Origin: Porphyridium purpureum
Lineage: Eukaryota
Assembly: GCA_008690995.1 (NCBI GenBank)
Contig: VRMN01000005.1
Location: 1 to 64,000 of the forward strand
DNA length: 64,000 nucleotides
Direction: 5' to 3'
Positions 20,472 to 30,007 of this stretch are shown one piece after another (position 1 is the first letter of the stretch; each line of letters starts with the position of its first letter). The notes under the pieces are model-generated. The model saw nothing but the letters and a program-made list of their open reading frames with translations. It did no database searches and was not told where the DNA came from. Position numbers and translations under genes: made by a program.

Positions 20472-23335
20472 AGCCGTCAGAACTTCTGACGTTGCACGTT
20501 CGCTTCTGCGGGAAACGTGCGATGGCAATCGTAGACTGTGGCGCCACACATGTCTTTGTGGATAAGGCATGGGTGCGCCATTCAGGGTTATTATCATTTT
20601 GCGAAGCGACACCGGGACTTCAGGCCGTCCTTGCCGACGGGCGCAAGACTAATGTTGTCGGGAGCCTTCTCGGTCATTTGGAGCTGAACGGCATCGGGTC
20701 ACGTCGCTGCCGTGCGATTGTATGTCCGGCACTGATGACCGACCTCGTCATCGGTATGGAGTTCCTGACGCGTACTGGGATGGTCATTGATTACGAGGAC
20801 GGGAGCATTTTCATGCGTAAGCGGGAAGATATGAACTTGAAAAGGGACAAGGAGCAGAACGGGAGCGCAGGGCGCACGAGCGGAGGAACGGCTGGGCCGG
20901 GCAGAGAGCAGAACGAGAGCGCAGGGCGCACGAGCGGAGGAACGGCTGGGCCGGGCAGAGAGCAGAACGGGAGCGCAGGGCGCACGAGCGGACGAACGGC
21001 TGGGCCGGGCAGAGAGCAGAACGGGAGCGCAGGGCACGTGGAAGCAAGCTCTGTCAATCCGCAGCCGCGAAATCAAGGACGGAGCGCGGGGCGCTCGAGC
21101 GTACATGTGGACGGGCCATGCGTGAACCGAGACACAAGCGCGGGGCGCGTGCATGAAAAGAACGTCGGAAAGTCATCAGGGCTGAGCGATGAAGAGAGCG
21201 CGGGGAGCTCCAACGCATGCTCGACAGGAGCGAACGGTTACGAGAACGGGAATATGAGCCCGGAGCGCGTAGATTGCGAAACAGATAGGCCGAACATGGG
21301 GGCGAATGTCGAGGTCCATTCGAACCAAGCATGCAAAGGCACCCCGTTGGCGAAGTCGGCTGAGTGCCGCGAAACGGAGGTACGGACGCGAGGAAGGGAC
21401 CAAGTGATGGGCAAAACGAAGGCGAGGAGCAACACGGACCCTGCGCAAGACTCGCTAGTCAGGAGTAAAATCGGGTCGCGGCATGGCGGCAGTGCGTTGA
21501 AGGAAACCGCATACCCTTCCGGAGACTGTAGCCTGATCCCAGAACCTGATTCGCCGGGGGAGGCACAAACCGGCGACATAGCGTCAAGTTCAAGCGACGA
21601 TGGAGCGCCAAATGCGATACGAGGTATTCGACGCGCAATGACATGGGTCGATCGTCTCGCCCTTGGCACCACAGTTTCAAATGTGCCCGACGGACACGCG
21701 CTCCTGCACATGCCTGCTCGCACGTCGTGCGAGGTTTGTACAAGGGCGAAGCTGAAAATGCGGCCGTCTTACCGAATTGATGTCGACGCGCACGCGCGAG
21801 CACCTGGGGTCGCTGCACGCTTTGACGAAGAAATAGGGGTGGACCTGGTCGACGCCGGCGCCAAGGTCCGTTCGCGGGAAGGATATCGATACATCCTGAC
21901 ACATGTCGACGAGCACACGGGGTGGATAGAAGTCGCGGGAGTCGTCGATAAGACTGCCCTGGCCTGCCGCGAGGCGCTTGTCGAGTGCCAAGCTGGGAGA
22001 GATTGGCCGAAACGGATGCGCACAGATTCGGGCAGCGAGTTTAGGGGCGCGTTCGCGCGCGTTCTGCGCGAGAGGAACGTTGAACATACCCTCTGCATCC
22101 CTCATAGACCGAACGGACACGCGCGACTGGAAAGACTGCACCACACGTTGAATGCCGTCATTCGTTGCCTCTTATGGCAATCGGGTTTGCACGTCGTCTG
22201 GTTTTTCAGAGCAGCCAAATTCTTCGCGTTCTGGTACAATCGGGTGCACCTGGGTAGGGACGGACTAACTCCCTTTGAGCGCAGATACGGACAGGGATGG
22301 GTCGAGAGCGGCAAGCCATGGCTGATGGCTCCATTCGGATCGCGGGTGGTCTATAAAGTGGACGACGTAGCCAACAAGTTCGCTCCTACCACGCGCGAGG
22401 GAGTGGTCGTCGGGGCTCGGGACCACCCCGCCGCCCTCGAAGTTCTCGAGACAGGGTCTGGAGCGACGACGTGGACAAGAGATTTCAGAGTATTCAAAGA
22501 CTTCACCATGCGCGTGCCGGGCGCAGAACCGCTCGCAGAAATGGAAAAGGTGATCGCGTACGATCCGGACGGGGATTTGGCAGTCGCACAGCGCGACAAC
22601 GTCGCGTCGGAAGAGACGGGAATCAAAGCGAGGGTTGAAGCAATCACGGAACGCCTGAAGGCCATCGACGAGCGGGAAAAGCAGCTAAGCCAGGAGGTCG
22701 CGGCGCGGCGGGCGGCTAAGGAGGGCAAAGAAATCAGGCGTACAAAGAAGAACGCCCGTCGCTCGGCCCGAATAGCGGCGCGCTTTCCTTCCGTGACCAT
22801 AAATGTTACCAGGGTAATGAGCAGACGAGAAGCCACCACGGATGGAAGGGCAGCTGAGGCCATTGAGAATGAGCTCGGGCAAATGCGGCGCTTCGGCGTG
22901 TGGGATCCGGAACCGGTCACTCTGAACTCCATTACCGAGGGACTTATTGTAAGGGCGCACATGGTGGTAGCCGAAAAGCACACGGAGCGTCCTGTTGAGG
23001 AGCGCAAGATCAAGGCAAGGCTCGTGGCCGGGGGGGATCGCATTACGGACATGACGGGGGTCCCAGTGTCTCTTACCGTTCCCTACGAGGCGCCGGCATC
23101 TTTAGCTGCGCTAAGGATCGTGCTGGCGTGGGCGCAGATGAACGAATTAGAAGTGGGCTTTGTTGACATCACCAGCGCCTACCTGCAGGCCGAGTGCAGC
23201 GGGGGACCGGTGTATGTAATCCTTCCCAGCGAGGCAGGCGGGAAGACGGGCACCGCCCATCATCTCCGCAAGGCAATGTACGGATTACCGAGAGCGGGAG
23301 CGGACTTCGCGCGCGAAGCTCGTAGTCGCTTGTTG
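20432..23335 (+). CDS. pol: Outer element Pol, 5' part: protease, repeat-rich linker, integrase, N-terminal half of Copia-type RT
   Basis: PR IVDCGATH; IN H-x3-H-x6-C-x2-C, VDLVD, TDSGSEF, LERL; RT AIENEL, KARLVAGG, VDITSAYLQ, LRKAMYGL. Broken at 23335 by the insertion. Confidence 0.93.
20852..21035 (+). repeat. In-frame 54-bp tandem repeat, 3.4 copies (EQNGSAGRTSGGTAGPGR)
   Basis: Units start at 20852, 20906, 20960 and 21014 (partial). Confidence 0.95.
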
Positions 23336-23628
23336 TGTTATCCGTTCGACCCCAGTCACCTAGAACGGTTCGGTTAATCCGAAACCGGTAAGCCGTTAAA
23401 CCGTCAGACCGTTTAACCGTTTCTAGAAGCTTCTAGAGGTTCCAGAAACTTCTAGACGCGCGCAGAAATGCCAATGGTTTGCATTGTCATTTCTCTTGGC
23501 GCCTTGCTGTCCCTAGCGGAAGTAAGGGTATAAAAAGGCGACGCGCCTGCCCGGACTAGCCGGTCAGGTCTTGCTCGGAGACAGAAGAGGTAAGAAGAAG
23601 CAGAGTAAAAGGCACAGCATTGGTAACA
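23336..23628 (+). repeat. 5' LTR of inner Gypsy
   Basis: Matches 28504-28796 except for two adjacent bases (23404-23405). TATAAAAA at 23529. Confidence 0.97.
23421..23457. promoter_or_regulatory. Two tandem heat-shock elements in Gypsy LTR (second copy at 28589-28625)
   Basis: TTCtaGAAgcTTCtaGAg (23421-23438) and TTCcaGAAacTTCtaGAc (23440-23457) are alternating nGAAn units about 70 bp upstream of the TATA box. Confidence 0.75.
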
Positions 23629-23630
23629 TT

Positions 23631-23647
23631 TGGTATCATCGCTGGTT
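23631..23647 (+). other. Primer-binding site (tRNA-iMet type) of inner Gypsy
   Basis: TGGTATCATCGCTGGTT, 2 nt (TT) after the LTR-terminal CA. Confidence 0.85.
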
Positions 23648-24200
23648 ACCTGGGGTTGCTCTAAGGTTCTCTTAGAGTTTCTCTGGGGTTGCCTGGGTGG
23701 GAGAGTCTGCGGGTAAGGGGGTTCGAGTAAGTCGATCCGGAGGGTGCGACGGGTGGAAGCGGGTCTCAGTCTTGGCTGTACGATAGGCCTAGGCCTTGAC
23801 GGCGGACTCGCTCTCTGCCTTAGCACGTATTAGTAGGCAAGAGCCGTAACGGTCAGCCTTCACTAGGATTCATCCTAGTGTCGCACGACCACCTTTGCGA
23901 AGGTAGGCGCCGAACACCTCCATATAAGATCGCATCTATAATCCCCGCCCCAGTGCAAAGGCCCGGGCCGCTCCCCATCCAGCGCAACAGAGGAGGATTG
24001 CTGTGTGCTTTGTTGTGTGTGCGTGAGAAGATTGCTGTGCGTGTGTGTGTGCGTGAGAGGACAGCTTCGTGTGTCGGTTTGTGTTCGTGAGGGCGACCGA
24101 GCCCGTTCGTGGTGCGCGCAGCTGTTGGAGAAAGTGAGCATCGGAGGCTTGCTGTTCGTGTCGTTATTGTGATCGGTGAGCGTGCTTTAGTCCAGAAAGC

Positions 24201-25007
24201 ATGGAGATTGATTCGGAGACGCTGGGACCACGTGGCCCGAAGGAGGCCCGTCTGATGAGGTTCGACGGGAAGCGTGACCTTCTGGTTGTGAAGACGTGGT
24301 TGTTCCAGGCGAGAAAGAAGATCTTGGGCCGGTTGTTGGAGAGCATCCACCCGGACGATTTGGAGAAACGTCTGCTTGCGGAGAGGCGTGCTGTGGACTT
24401 GGCTTCTGACTATTTCGAGGGAGAGGCGCTTCATTGGTGGGTTCTAAACTGCGAACGCTACCCGCAGGAGATCCCCACGACGTGGAATGATTTTGCTGCC
24501 CTCGTGAGTGCTCGGTTCACGCCGCAGGATTCGATCAGGCGTGCAAGGGACAAGTTGACGCGTCTTTCGCAGAAAGGCCCGGCCCATGCGTATGTGGCGG
24601 CTTTTCAGGACGCGGCACTTGTGATTCCGGACTTGTCGGACGCAGAAATGATGGACCGCTTTGTGAGGGGTCTGAAGCCCGAGGTCCGCTTGGAAGTTTA
24701 CAAGCGAGGAGTGAGTACGTTTGCGGAGGCTGCGCAGGTGGCGGTGGTCGTGGATGACGCCATTCATGCGACTCGCGGCGTGCGTGATTCAAGTGTGAGG
24801 ACGCCATTTTTCGGTCGCGCAGCGCAGGAAGGACCTGTCCCGATGGAGCTGGGACATGTGCAGGGTCAGAGGCGTGTTCGAAGCGAGCTCAAATGCTGGA
24901 ATTGTGGAAAGCCGGGACACATCGCCAGGAAGTGTCCCGAGGCAAGGAAGACTATCCAGCAGCTGGAGGGAGACTCGCTGGAGTCAAAAAACGAGGAGCT
25001 CGAGTAG
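24201..25007 (+). CDS. gag: Gag of inner Gypsy
   Basis: A..WW, TWNDF, RRARDKL..L.Q, RFVRGLKP, PVPMELG, CWNCGKPGHIARKC. Confidence 0.95.
   Translation: MEIDSETLGPRGPKEARLMRFDGKRDLLVVKTWLFQARKKILGRLLESIHPDDLEKRLLAERRAVDLASDYFEGEALHWWVLNCERYPQEIPTTWNDFAALVSARFTPQDSIRRARDKLTRLSQKGPAHAYVAAFQDAALVIPDLSDAEMMDRFVRGLKPEVRLEVYKRGVSTFAEAAQVAVVVDDAIHATRGVRDSSVRTPFFGRAAQEGPVPMELGHVQGQRRVRSELKCWNCGKPGHIARKCPEARKTIQQLEGDSLESKNEELE
24986..24992 (+). other. -1 frameshift slippery site A_AAA_AAC (inner Gypsy)
   Basis: Canonical heptamer in gag frame just before the gag stop; pol is in the -1 frame; a short GAGGAGC/GTTCCTC hairpin follows. Confidence 0.8.
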
Positions 25008-28000
25008 AGAGGTTCCTCGGACAGTCAGAGGGAAAGGAGGCTCGCAGGCGTTACGAGACCTCTAGGGGCGGCAATGAAGACCGCTGTGGTGGCCTTGGTA
25101 AGCCAAGGTCTGGCTGTCCGACACCTTGTGGGCGAAACTCGAGCGCCAATCAGCCCGTGATCAAGGAACTTGGAGGGATGGGAGCTGCCATGCTTCTTCG
25201 AGTTCGAGGAAAAGTGCACAAGTCCGACGGAGAGGCCACGTTTTTGATTGACAGTGGCGCGACGGACAACTTTATGAGCGTGGACTTTGTGCTGAAATCC
25301 GACGGCCTGAAGCAGAAGGCGTCGTGGAAGAGAGATCATGTGACCCTAGCGGATGGGTCTGTATTGGAAACAGCCGGAGAGGTCTCCAATGTCAAGTTTG
25401 AACTGAGCGATGGGTACTCAGGGGCCGCTAACTTTGCCATTTGCCGGATTGCGGGACAAGACGCAATTCTGGGCATGGAGTGGCTGAAGCGGGAGAACCC
25501 AGTGATTGATTGGCAGTCTGGCATGTTGGCCTACGGAGAGAAGAAGGCCTGGAGCATGACGCAGATGCTGGTGCCGCGGAAAGAGCTCCGTCGGCTGTTG
25601 AAGAGTCAGGAGGTAGAAGAGTGCTACCTCGGCGTGCTGAAAGGAAGGGAGGAGCCCTGTTCAGTGGAGCGCAAAGACGCTGACTCTGTGAGAAAGATGC
25701 TCAAGGATTTCGAAAATCTGTTCGAGGAGCCACGAGGGCTGCCTGAGAGCCGAACAGTGGAGCATGTGATTAGGCTGAAAGATGAGAAGCCTGTGAGAGT
25801 GGGCAGGGTCTACCGACTGAGCCCTGCGGAGTTGAAAGTCCTCCGAGAGACTTTGGATGACTTGCTGGACAAAGGATTCGTCCAGCCGAGTCAGAGCCCG
25901 TTTGGAGCACCCGTGCTGTTCGTGAAGAAGAAAGACGGCAGCATGAGGATGTGCGTCGATTATCGGGCGTTGAACGACGCAACTGTGAAGGACCGGTATC
26001 CGTTGCCGAACATGGATGAGTTGCTGGATCGACTGGGCGCAGCTCACTGTTTTTCAAAGTTGGATTTGGCATCGGGATACCACCAGTTGCGTGTTCGGGG
26101 AGAGGATGTGCCGAAGACCGCGTTCCAGACCAGGTACGGACAGTTCGAGTTCCGTGTGATGCCGTTTGGTCTTTGCAACGCGCCGGCAACTTTTCAGAGG
26201 GCCATGAACGAGCTGTTTGCAGATCTGCTGGACAAGACCGTCATTGTCTACTTGGACGATATTTTGGTCTTCACCAAGGATAGGCAGTCGCACAGCGAGG
26301 CCCTCAAGGAAGTGTTGTCGCGCTTGCAAAAGGCAGGGTATCGTTTGAAGCGCAAGAAATGCAGCTTCTTCGTTTCTGAAGTCGAATACCTGGGAAACAT
26401 TGTCGGTAACGGTTGTGTGAAGATGGATCCACGGAAGGTGGAAGCTTTGAAAGATTGGCCAGTGCCAAAGACGGTGACGGAGTTGAGATCCTTTTTGGGA
26501 ATGACAAACTGGTTTCGCAGGTTTGCCAAAGGATACTCTACCGTCGTGGCGCCGCTGACTTCGCTGTTGCAGAACGCAAAGTCGAAGAAGCAGCTGATCG
26601 AACTGGGAGATGAAGGCAAGTCGGCCTTCAAGAAGATTGTGGGGATGTTGACGGAAGCGCCGGTGTTGGCTTTGCCAGACCCTGAAAAGCCATTCGAGGT
26701 GTACACAGACCGCTCCGAAGTCGCGGTGGGGGGATGGCTGGCACAGGAAGGCAGACCGGTCGCGTTTACGTCAAGGAAGCTGCTGGACCGAGAGACCAGG
26801 TACAGCAGCTATGAAGGTGAGCTCATGGCCGTCATTCACTGTCTGCGAGAGTTTCGACCTTATCTGTACGGAGCACAGTTTGTGCTTCATACAGATCATG
26901 AGGCGTTGAAACATTTGATGACGCAGAAGGAGCTGAATGGCCGGCAAGCACGGTGGCTGGACTTTTTAGCCGAGTTTGACATCACGATCGACTATGTGAA
27001 GGGAAAGTCGAACGTGGTAGCCGATGCTTTGTCGAGGAAGCCAGAGTTACATGCGCTAGAGTACCAAGTTCGGTGTGATGAATTTGGTGCGGGTTTCCAG
27101 GCATTCGTGGGTTCGTACTCGAGTGACCCAGACTTTGGTACTTTGATGGGTGACTTACCGACCCACCAGGGTTTTCGAACCGAAGCTGGGCTCTTGTACT
27201 TGAGGAATCGCGTTTGCGTGCCGAGGAAGTTCAGAGAGCGTGTCATGCAGCTCCACCACGATATCCCGACAGCAGGACACCGTGGAGCCGACACGACGTA
27301 TGCATCTTTGATCACTCGCTTCTACTGGCCAAAGATGAAGCGAGACGTGAGCCGTTTTGTGAAGACTTGTCACGCATGCCAAGTGACAAAGTCAGAGAAT
27401 CGGTCGTTTGGAAAGCTGAAGCCCTTGTCGATCCCAGAAGGACCTTGGGTCGACATTTCGATGGACTTTGTGACGGAGCTGCCTCGGAGCGAAGGCAGCT
27501 GTGATGCAATTATGACTGTGGTGGATCGCTATTCGAAGATTGCGCTGTTCATCCCGACGCGCAAGGACTTGACAGCAAAGCGTTGTGCTGACTTGTTCGT
27601 GAAGCACGTCGTGAGCCGTTTCGGATACCCCAAGTCAATTGTATCGGACCGAGATCCGCTGTTTACGTCCACGTTTTGGCAGCAGTTGAGCAAGCGGGTG
27701 GGCATGAAGTTGGCTATGTCTACCGCCAACCACCCGCAGACAGATGGCCAAACTGAGCGAGTGAACCGCGTGATTCGGGAAATGCTCAAGTTGATGGCGA
27801 CGAATAGTGGCTGGGTGCGAGACTTGCCGTTGTACGAGTTTGCGTACAACTCTGCACCAAGCAGTGCCACTGGATTCGCGCCGTTCAAAGTGGTATATGG
27901 AAGGGATCCTTGGTTTCCACCGAGCGAAGGGTGGAGGCCTGCGCGCGACGGACAGACAAAGGACATGGCGGAGCACTGGTTTCGCCTGTGCAAAGTCCAT

Positions 28001-28384
28001 GAAGAAGTCCGCGACAATTTGATCGAAGCCCAGGGGAGAATGCAGAAGTTCTTCGATCGACGCAAGGATGCCCGGGAGTTTCAAGTTGGTGATCAAGTGT
28101 TGATCACGGCGCCGCAATTGCGGCCGAACAAGAGTGATTTGGCGGCACCAAAGTTTCTTGGTCCGGTGCCTGTCATTGAGAAGGTAAGCTCGCATGCTTA
28201 CCGAGTGATTTTGCCCGAGGGTGTGGCTTGTCATGATGTTTTTCCGATCCAACATCTGAAGCCATACTATGGACGCGAAGACTACATGGCAGGGGAAAAT
28301 GATGAAGAAGTACCCGACGACCTGCCAACGTCCGATTCTGAGCCAGACTTGTTGAAAATTATCGAAGAGTCTGACTCTGAATGA
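24986..28384 (+). CDS. pol: Pol of inner Gypsy: protease, RT, RNase H, integrase (no chromodomain)
   Basis: LIDSGAT; SPFGAPVLFVKKKDGSMRMCVDYRALN, MPFGL.NAP, YLDD; VYTD.S, ELMA, TDH, N.VADALSR; HHCC, DFV/SDRD/QTDGQTER, GP(Y/F)-like motif. Uninterrupted ORF. Confidence 0.97.
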   Translation, partial: KKRGARVERFLGQSEGKEARRRYETSRGGNEDRCGGLGKPRSGCPTPCGRNSSANQPVIKELGGMGAAMLLRVRGKVHKSDGEATFLIDSGATDNFMSVDFVLKSDGLKQKASWKRDHVTLADGSVLETAGEVSNVKFELSDGYSGAANFAICRIAGQDAILGMEWLKRENPVIDWQSGMLAYGEKKAWSMTQMLVPRKELRRLLKSQEVEECYLGVLKGREEPCSVERKDADSVRKMLKDFENLFEEPRGLPESRTVEHVIRLKDEKPVRVGRVYRLSPAELKVLRETLDDLLDKGFVQPSQSPFGAPVLFVKKKDGSMRMCVDYRALNDATVKDRYPLPNMDELLDRLGAAHCFSKLDLASGYHQLRVRGEDVPKTAFQTRYGQFEFRVMPFGLCNAPATFQRAMNELFADLLDKTVIVYLDDILVFTKDRQSHSEALKEVLSRLQKAGYRLKRKKCSFFVSEVEYLGNIVGNGCVKMDPRKVEALKDWPVPKTVTELRSFLGMTNWFRRFAKGYSTVVAPLTSLLQNAKSKKQLIELGDEGKSAFKKIVGMLTEAPVLALPDPEKPFEVYTDRSEVAVGGWLAQEGRPVAFTSRKLLDRETRYSSYEGELMAVIHCLREFRPYLYGAQFVLHTDHEALKHLMTQKELNGRQARWLDFLAEFDITIDYVKGKSNVVADALSRKPELHALEYQVRCDEFGAGFQAFVGSYSSDPDFGTLMGDLPTHQGFRTEAGLLYLRNRVCVPRKFRERVMQLHHDIPTAGHRGADTTYASLITRFYWPKMKRDVSRFVKTCHACQVTKSENRSFGKLKPLSIPEGPWVDISMDFVTELPRSEGSCDAIMTVVDRYSKIALFIPTRKDLTAKRCADLFVKHVVSRFGYPKSIVSDRDPLFTSTFWQQLSKRVGMKLAMSTANHPQTDGQTERVNRVIREMLKLMATNSGWVRDLPLYEFAYNSAPSSATGFAPFKVVYGRDPWFPPSEGWRPARDGQTKDMAEHWFRLCKVHEEVRDNLIEAQGRMQKFFDRRKDAREFQVGDQVLITAPQLRPNKSDLAAPKFLGPVPVIEKVSSHAYRVILPEGVACHDVFPIQHLKPYYGREDYMAGENDEEVPDDLPTSDSEPDLLKIIEESDSE

Positions 28385-28489
28385 CTTGGGAATTGTGAGA
28401 AGTTTGCTAGGCAGAGGTTTTCTCCCGGAGCGCGGGTTCCTCGAGCCAAGAATGCAACTTAGTTTGAAGTCTCGCCGAGACGTCGAGCC

Positions 28490-28503
28490 AAGAGGGGGGG
28501 AGA
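28490..28503 (+). other. Polypurine tract of inner Gypsy
   Basis: AAGAGGGGGGGAGA directly before the 3' LTR. Confidence 0.92.
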
Positions 28504-28796
28504 TGTTATCCGTTCGACCCCAGTCACCTAGAACGGTTCGGTTAATCCGAAACCGGTAAGCCGTTAAACCGGTAGACCGTTTAACCGTTTCTAGAAGCTT
28601 CTAGAGGTTCCAGAAACTTCTAGACGCGCGCAGAAATGCCAATGGTTTGCATTGTCATTTCTCTTGGCGCCTTGCTGTCCCTAGCGGAAGTAAGGGTATA
28701 AAAAGGCGACGCGCCTGCCCGGACTAGCCGGTCAGGTCTTGCTCGGAGACAGAAGAGGTAAGAAGAAGCAGAGTAAAAGGCACAGCATTGGTAACA
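28504..28796 (+). repeat. 3' LTR of inner Gypsy
   Basis: Direct repeat of 23336-23628, followed by TSD TGTTG. Confidence 0.97.
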
Positions 28797-28801
28797 TGTT
28801 G

Positions 28802-30007
28802 CGTCTCGGATGGGTGGAGGTCACAGCAGGAGTGTATATCCGTAGAAGCCTCGAGGGGAACGCGGCAGGACTCGTCTTGGTAATGTACGTTGACGACGTG
28901 GTCTTAGCGGGGCGGAAAGACGAGGCACGGAATGCCATGAGTGAGTTATATCAAGAATTCGTGATCGACGAGCAACCGCAGTGGCTCGGCGAGAGCCCGG
29001 TCCTTCACCTTGGCATGCGGATTTCCAGAACGAACGGAAGGGTAAAGATTGATGGTACGGACTACGCAAAGACCATTATAGATGAGTACGAGCGCGACTC
29101 GACTGTGAGGACGAGGGGCACGCGCGATGCGGCAACCCCCATGGTATTTCCAGAGGCGGCGCTCTACGACGAAGCGGAAGTCAGTACGACTTGCCGGCAA
29201 CACGTCGGACGCCTAATGTGGCTCGCACGCACGGTAAAGCCCGAAATAGCATACTCGGTCGCATATGTCTCGCGCTTTGTGGACAAGTGGAGCAAGGCAG
29301 CATCGGCGATTCTCGACCGAATCGTGCGGTACGTGCACGGGAGCCAGGATAGTGTCTTGGAATACGGCAGCGCGGGGCGCCTGGGAGATCAGGTACGAAT
29401 AGTCGCCTTTTCAGATAGCGACCATGCAGGCTGTCCCGCGACGCGGCGGTCAACTTCCGGCGGTTGCGTATACTTCTCAAACGGAGAAGAGAACTACTTG
29501 GTAGATTGGTTTTCGAAAGCACAACGGGCCTCGGTATTATCCACCGCGGAGGCGGAACTCACCGCCCTTGGCAGGATCATGCGAACTACGATTCCTAACG
29601 CCGAAGTTGTAATCCGAGGGCTCGTTGGAACGCGCGTACCGCTCGCTGTGTGTTGCGACAGCGAAGCAGCGGTGAAGGCCGTTCGACGAGGATACTCCGC
29701 CAAGATGGCAAGTCTCGGGAAGACACACGGCGTCACTGTAGCCACCCTCTCGGACGCTTTTGATGGAGAAGACTCGAACCTCGTGTCTGTCCCCGGAATA
29801 TCGAATTGCGCAGACATCTTCACGAAGCCGATGGAACGAGTGGCATTTACACGTGCTATTGCCAACCTTAGGAAGGGCGCTTCCAACGATCGAGAGCGAG
29901 ACGTGCACGGGGCGCGTGGAAAGTTGCCCGTCCCACTCGTCGATGGGCGTGCGGAAGGGCGAGTGCGAACGTACCGGGACGTCGTGACGGGGATTCAGCG
30001 GGTGTAA
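28802..30007 (+). CDS. pol: Outer element Pol, 3' part: C-terminal half of Copia-type RT and Ty1/Copia RNase H
   Basis: LVMYVDDVV, VGRLMWLA...KPEIAYSV, FSDSDHAG....RRSTSG, STAEAE, CDSEAA, NCADIFTKP. Same frame as the 5' part. Confidence 0.95.
   Translation, partial: RLGWVEVTAGVYIRRSLEGNAAGLVLVMYVDDVVLAGRKDEARNAMSELYQEFVIDEQPQWLGESPVLHLGMRISRTNGRVKIDGTDYAKTIIDEYERDSTVRTRGTRDAATPMVFPEAALYDEAEVSTTCRQHVGRLMWLARTVKPEIAYSVAYVSRFVDKWSKAASAILDRIVRYVHGSQDSVLEYGSAGRLGDQVRIVAFSDSDHAGCPATRRSTSGGCVYFSNGEENYLVDWFSKAQRASVLSTAEAELTALGRIMRTTIPNAEVVIRGLVGTRVPLAVCCDSEAAVKAVRRGYSAKMASLGKTHGVTVATLSDAFDGEDSNLVSVPGISNCADIFTKPMERVAFTRAIANLRKGASNDRERDVHGARGKLPVPLVDGRAEGRVRTYRDVVTGIQRV

Larger units (their letters stand above)
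23336..28796 (+). mobile_element. Intact Ty3/Gypsy LTR retrotransposon (5461 bp) nested in the RT of the outer element
   Basis: 293-bp LTRs TGTTA...TAACA, TSD TGTTG (23331-23335 and 28797-28801), PBS, PPT, gag and PR-RT-RH-IN pol. Confidence 0.98.

Noticed and set aside
19713..20810. Outer gag-PR as a separate Gypsy fragment inserted into a Copia
   Set aside because: No extra LTR or TSD surrounds it. It starts 44 bp after the PBS, PR is in the same ORF as IN and RT, and no other gag is present.
20852..21035. 54-bp repeats as a CRISPR-like array
   Set aside because: Head-to-tail coding repeats without unique spacers; eukaryotic context; no cas genes.
28739..28801. N-terminus of the 422-aa ORF as an independent gene start
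   Set aside because: It is read-through from LTR sequence; the real coding part resumes at 28802.
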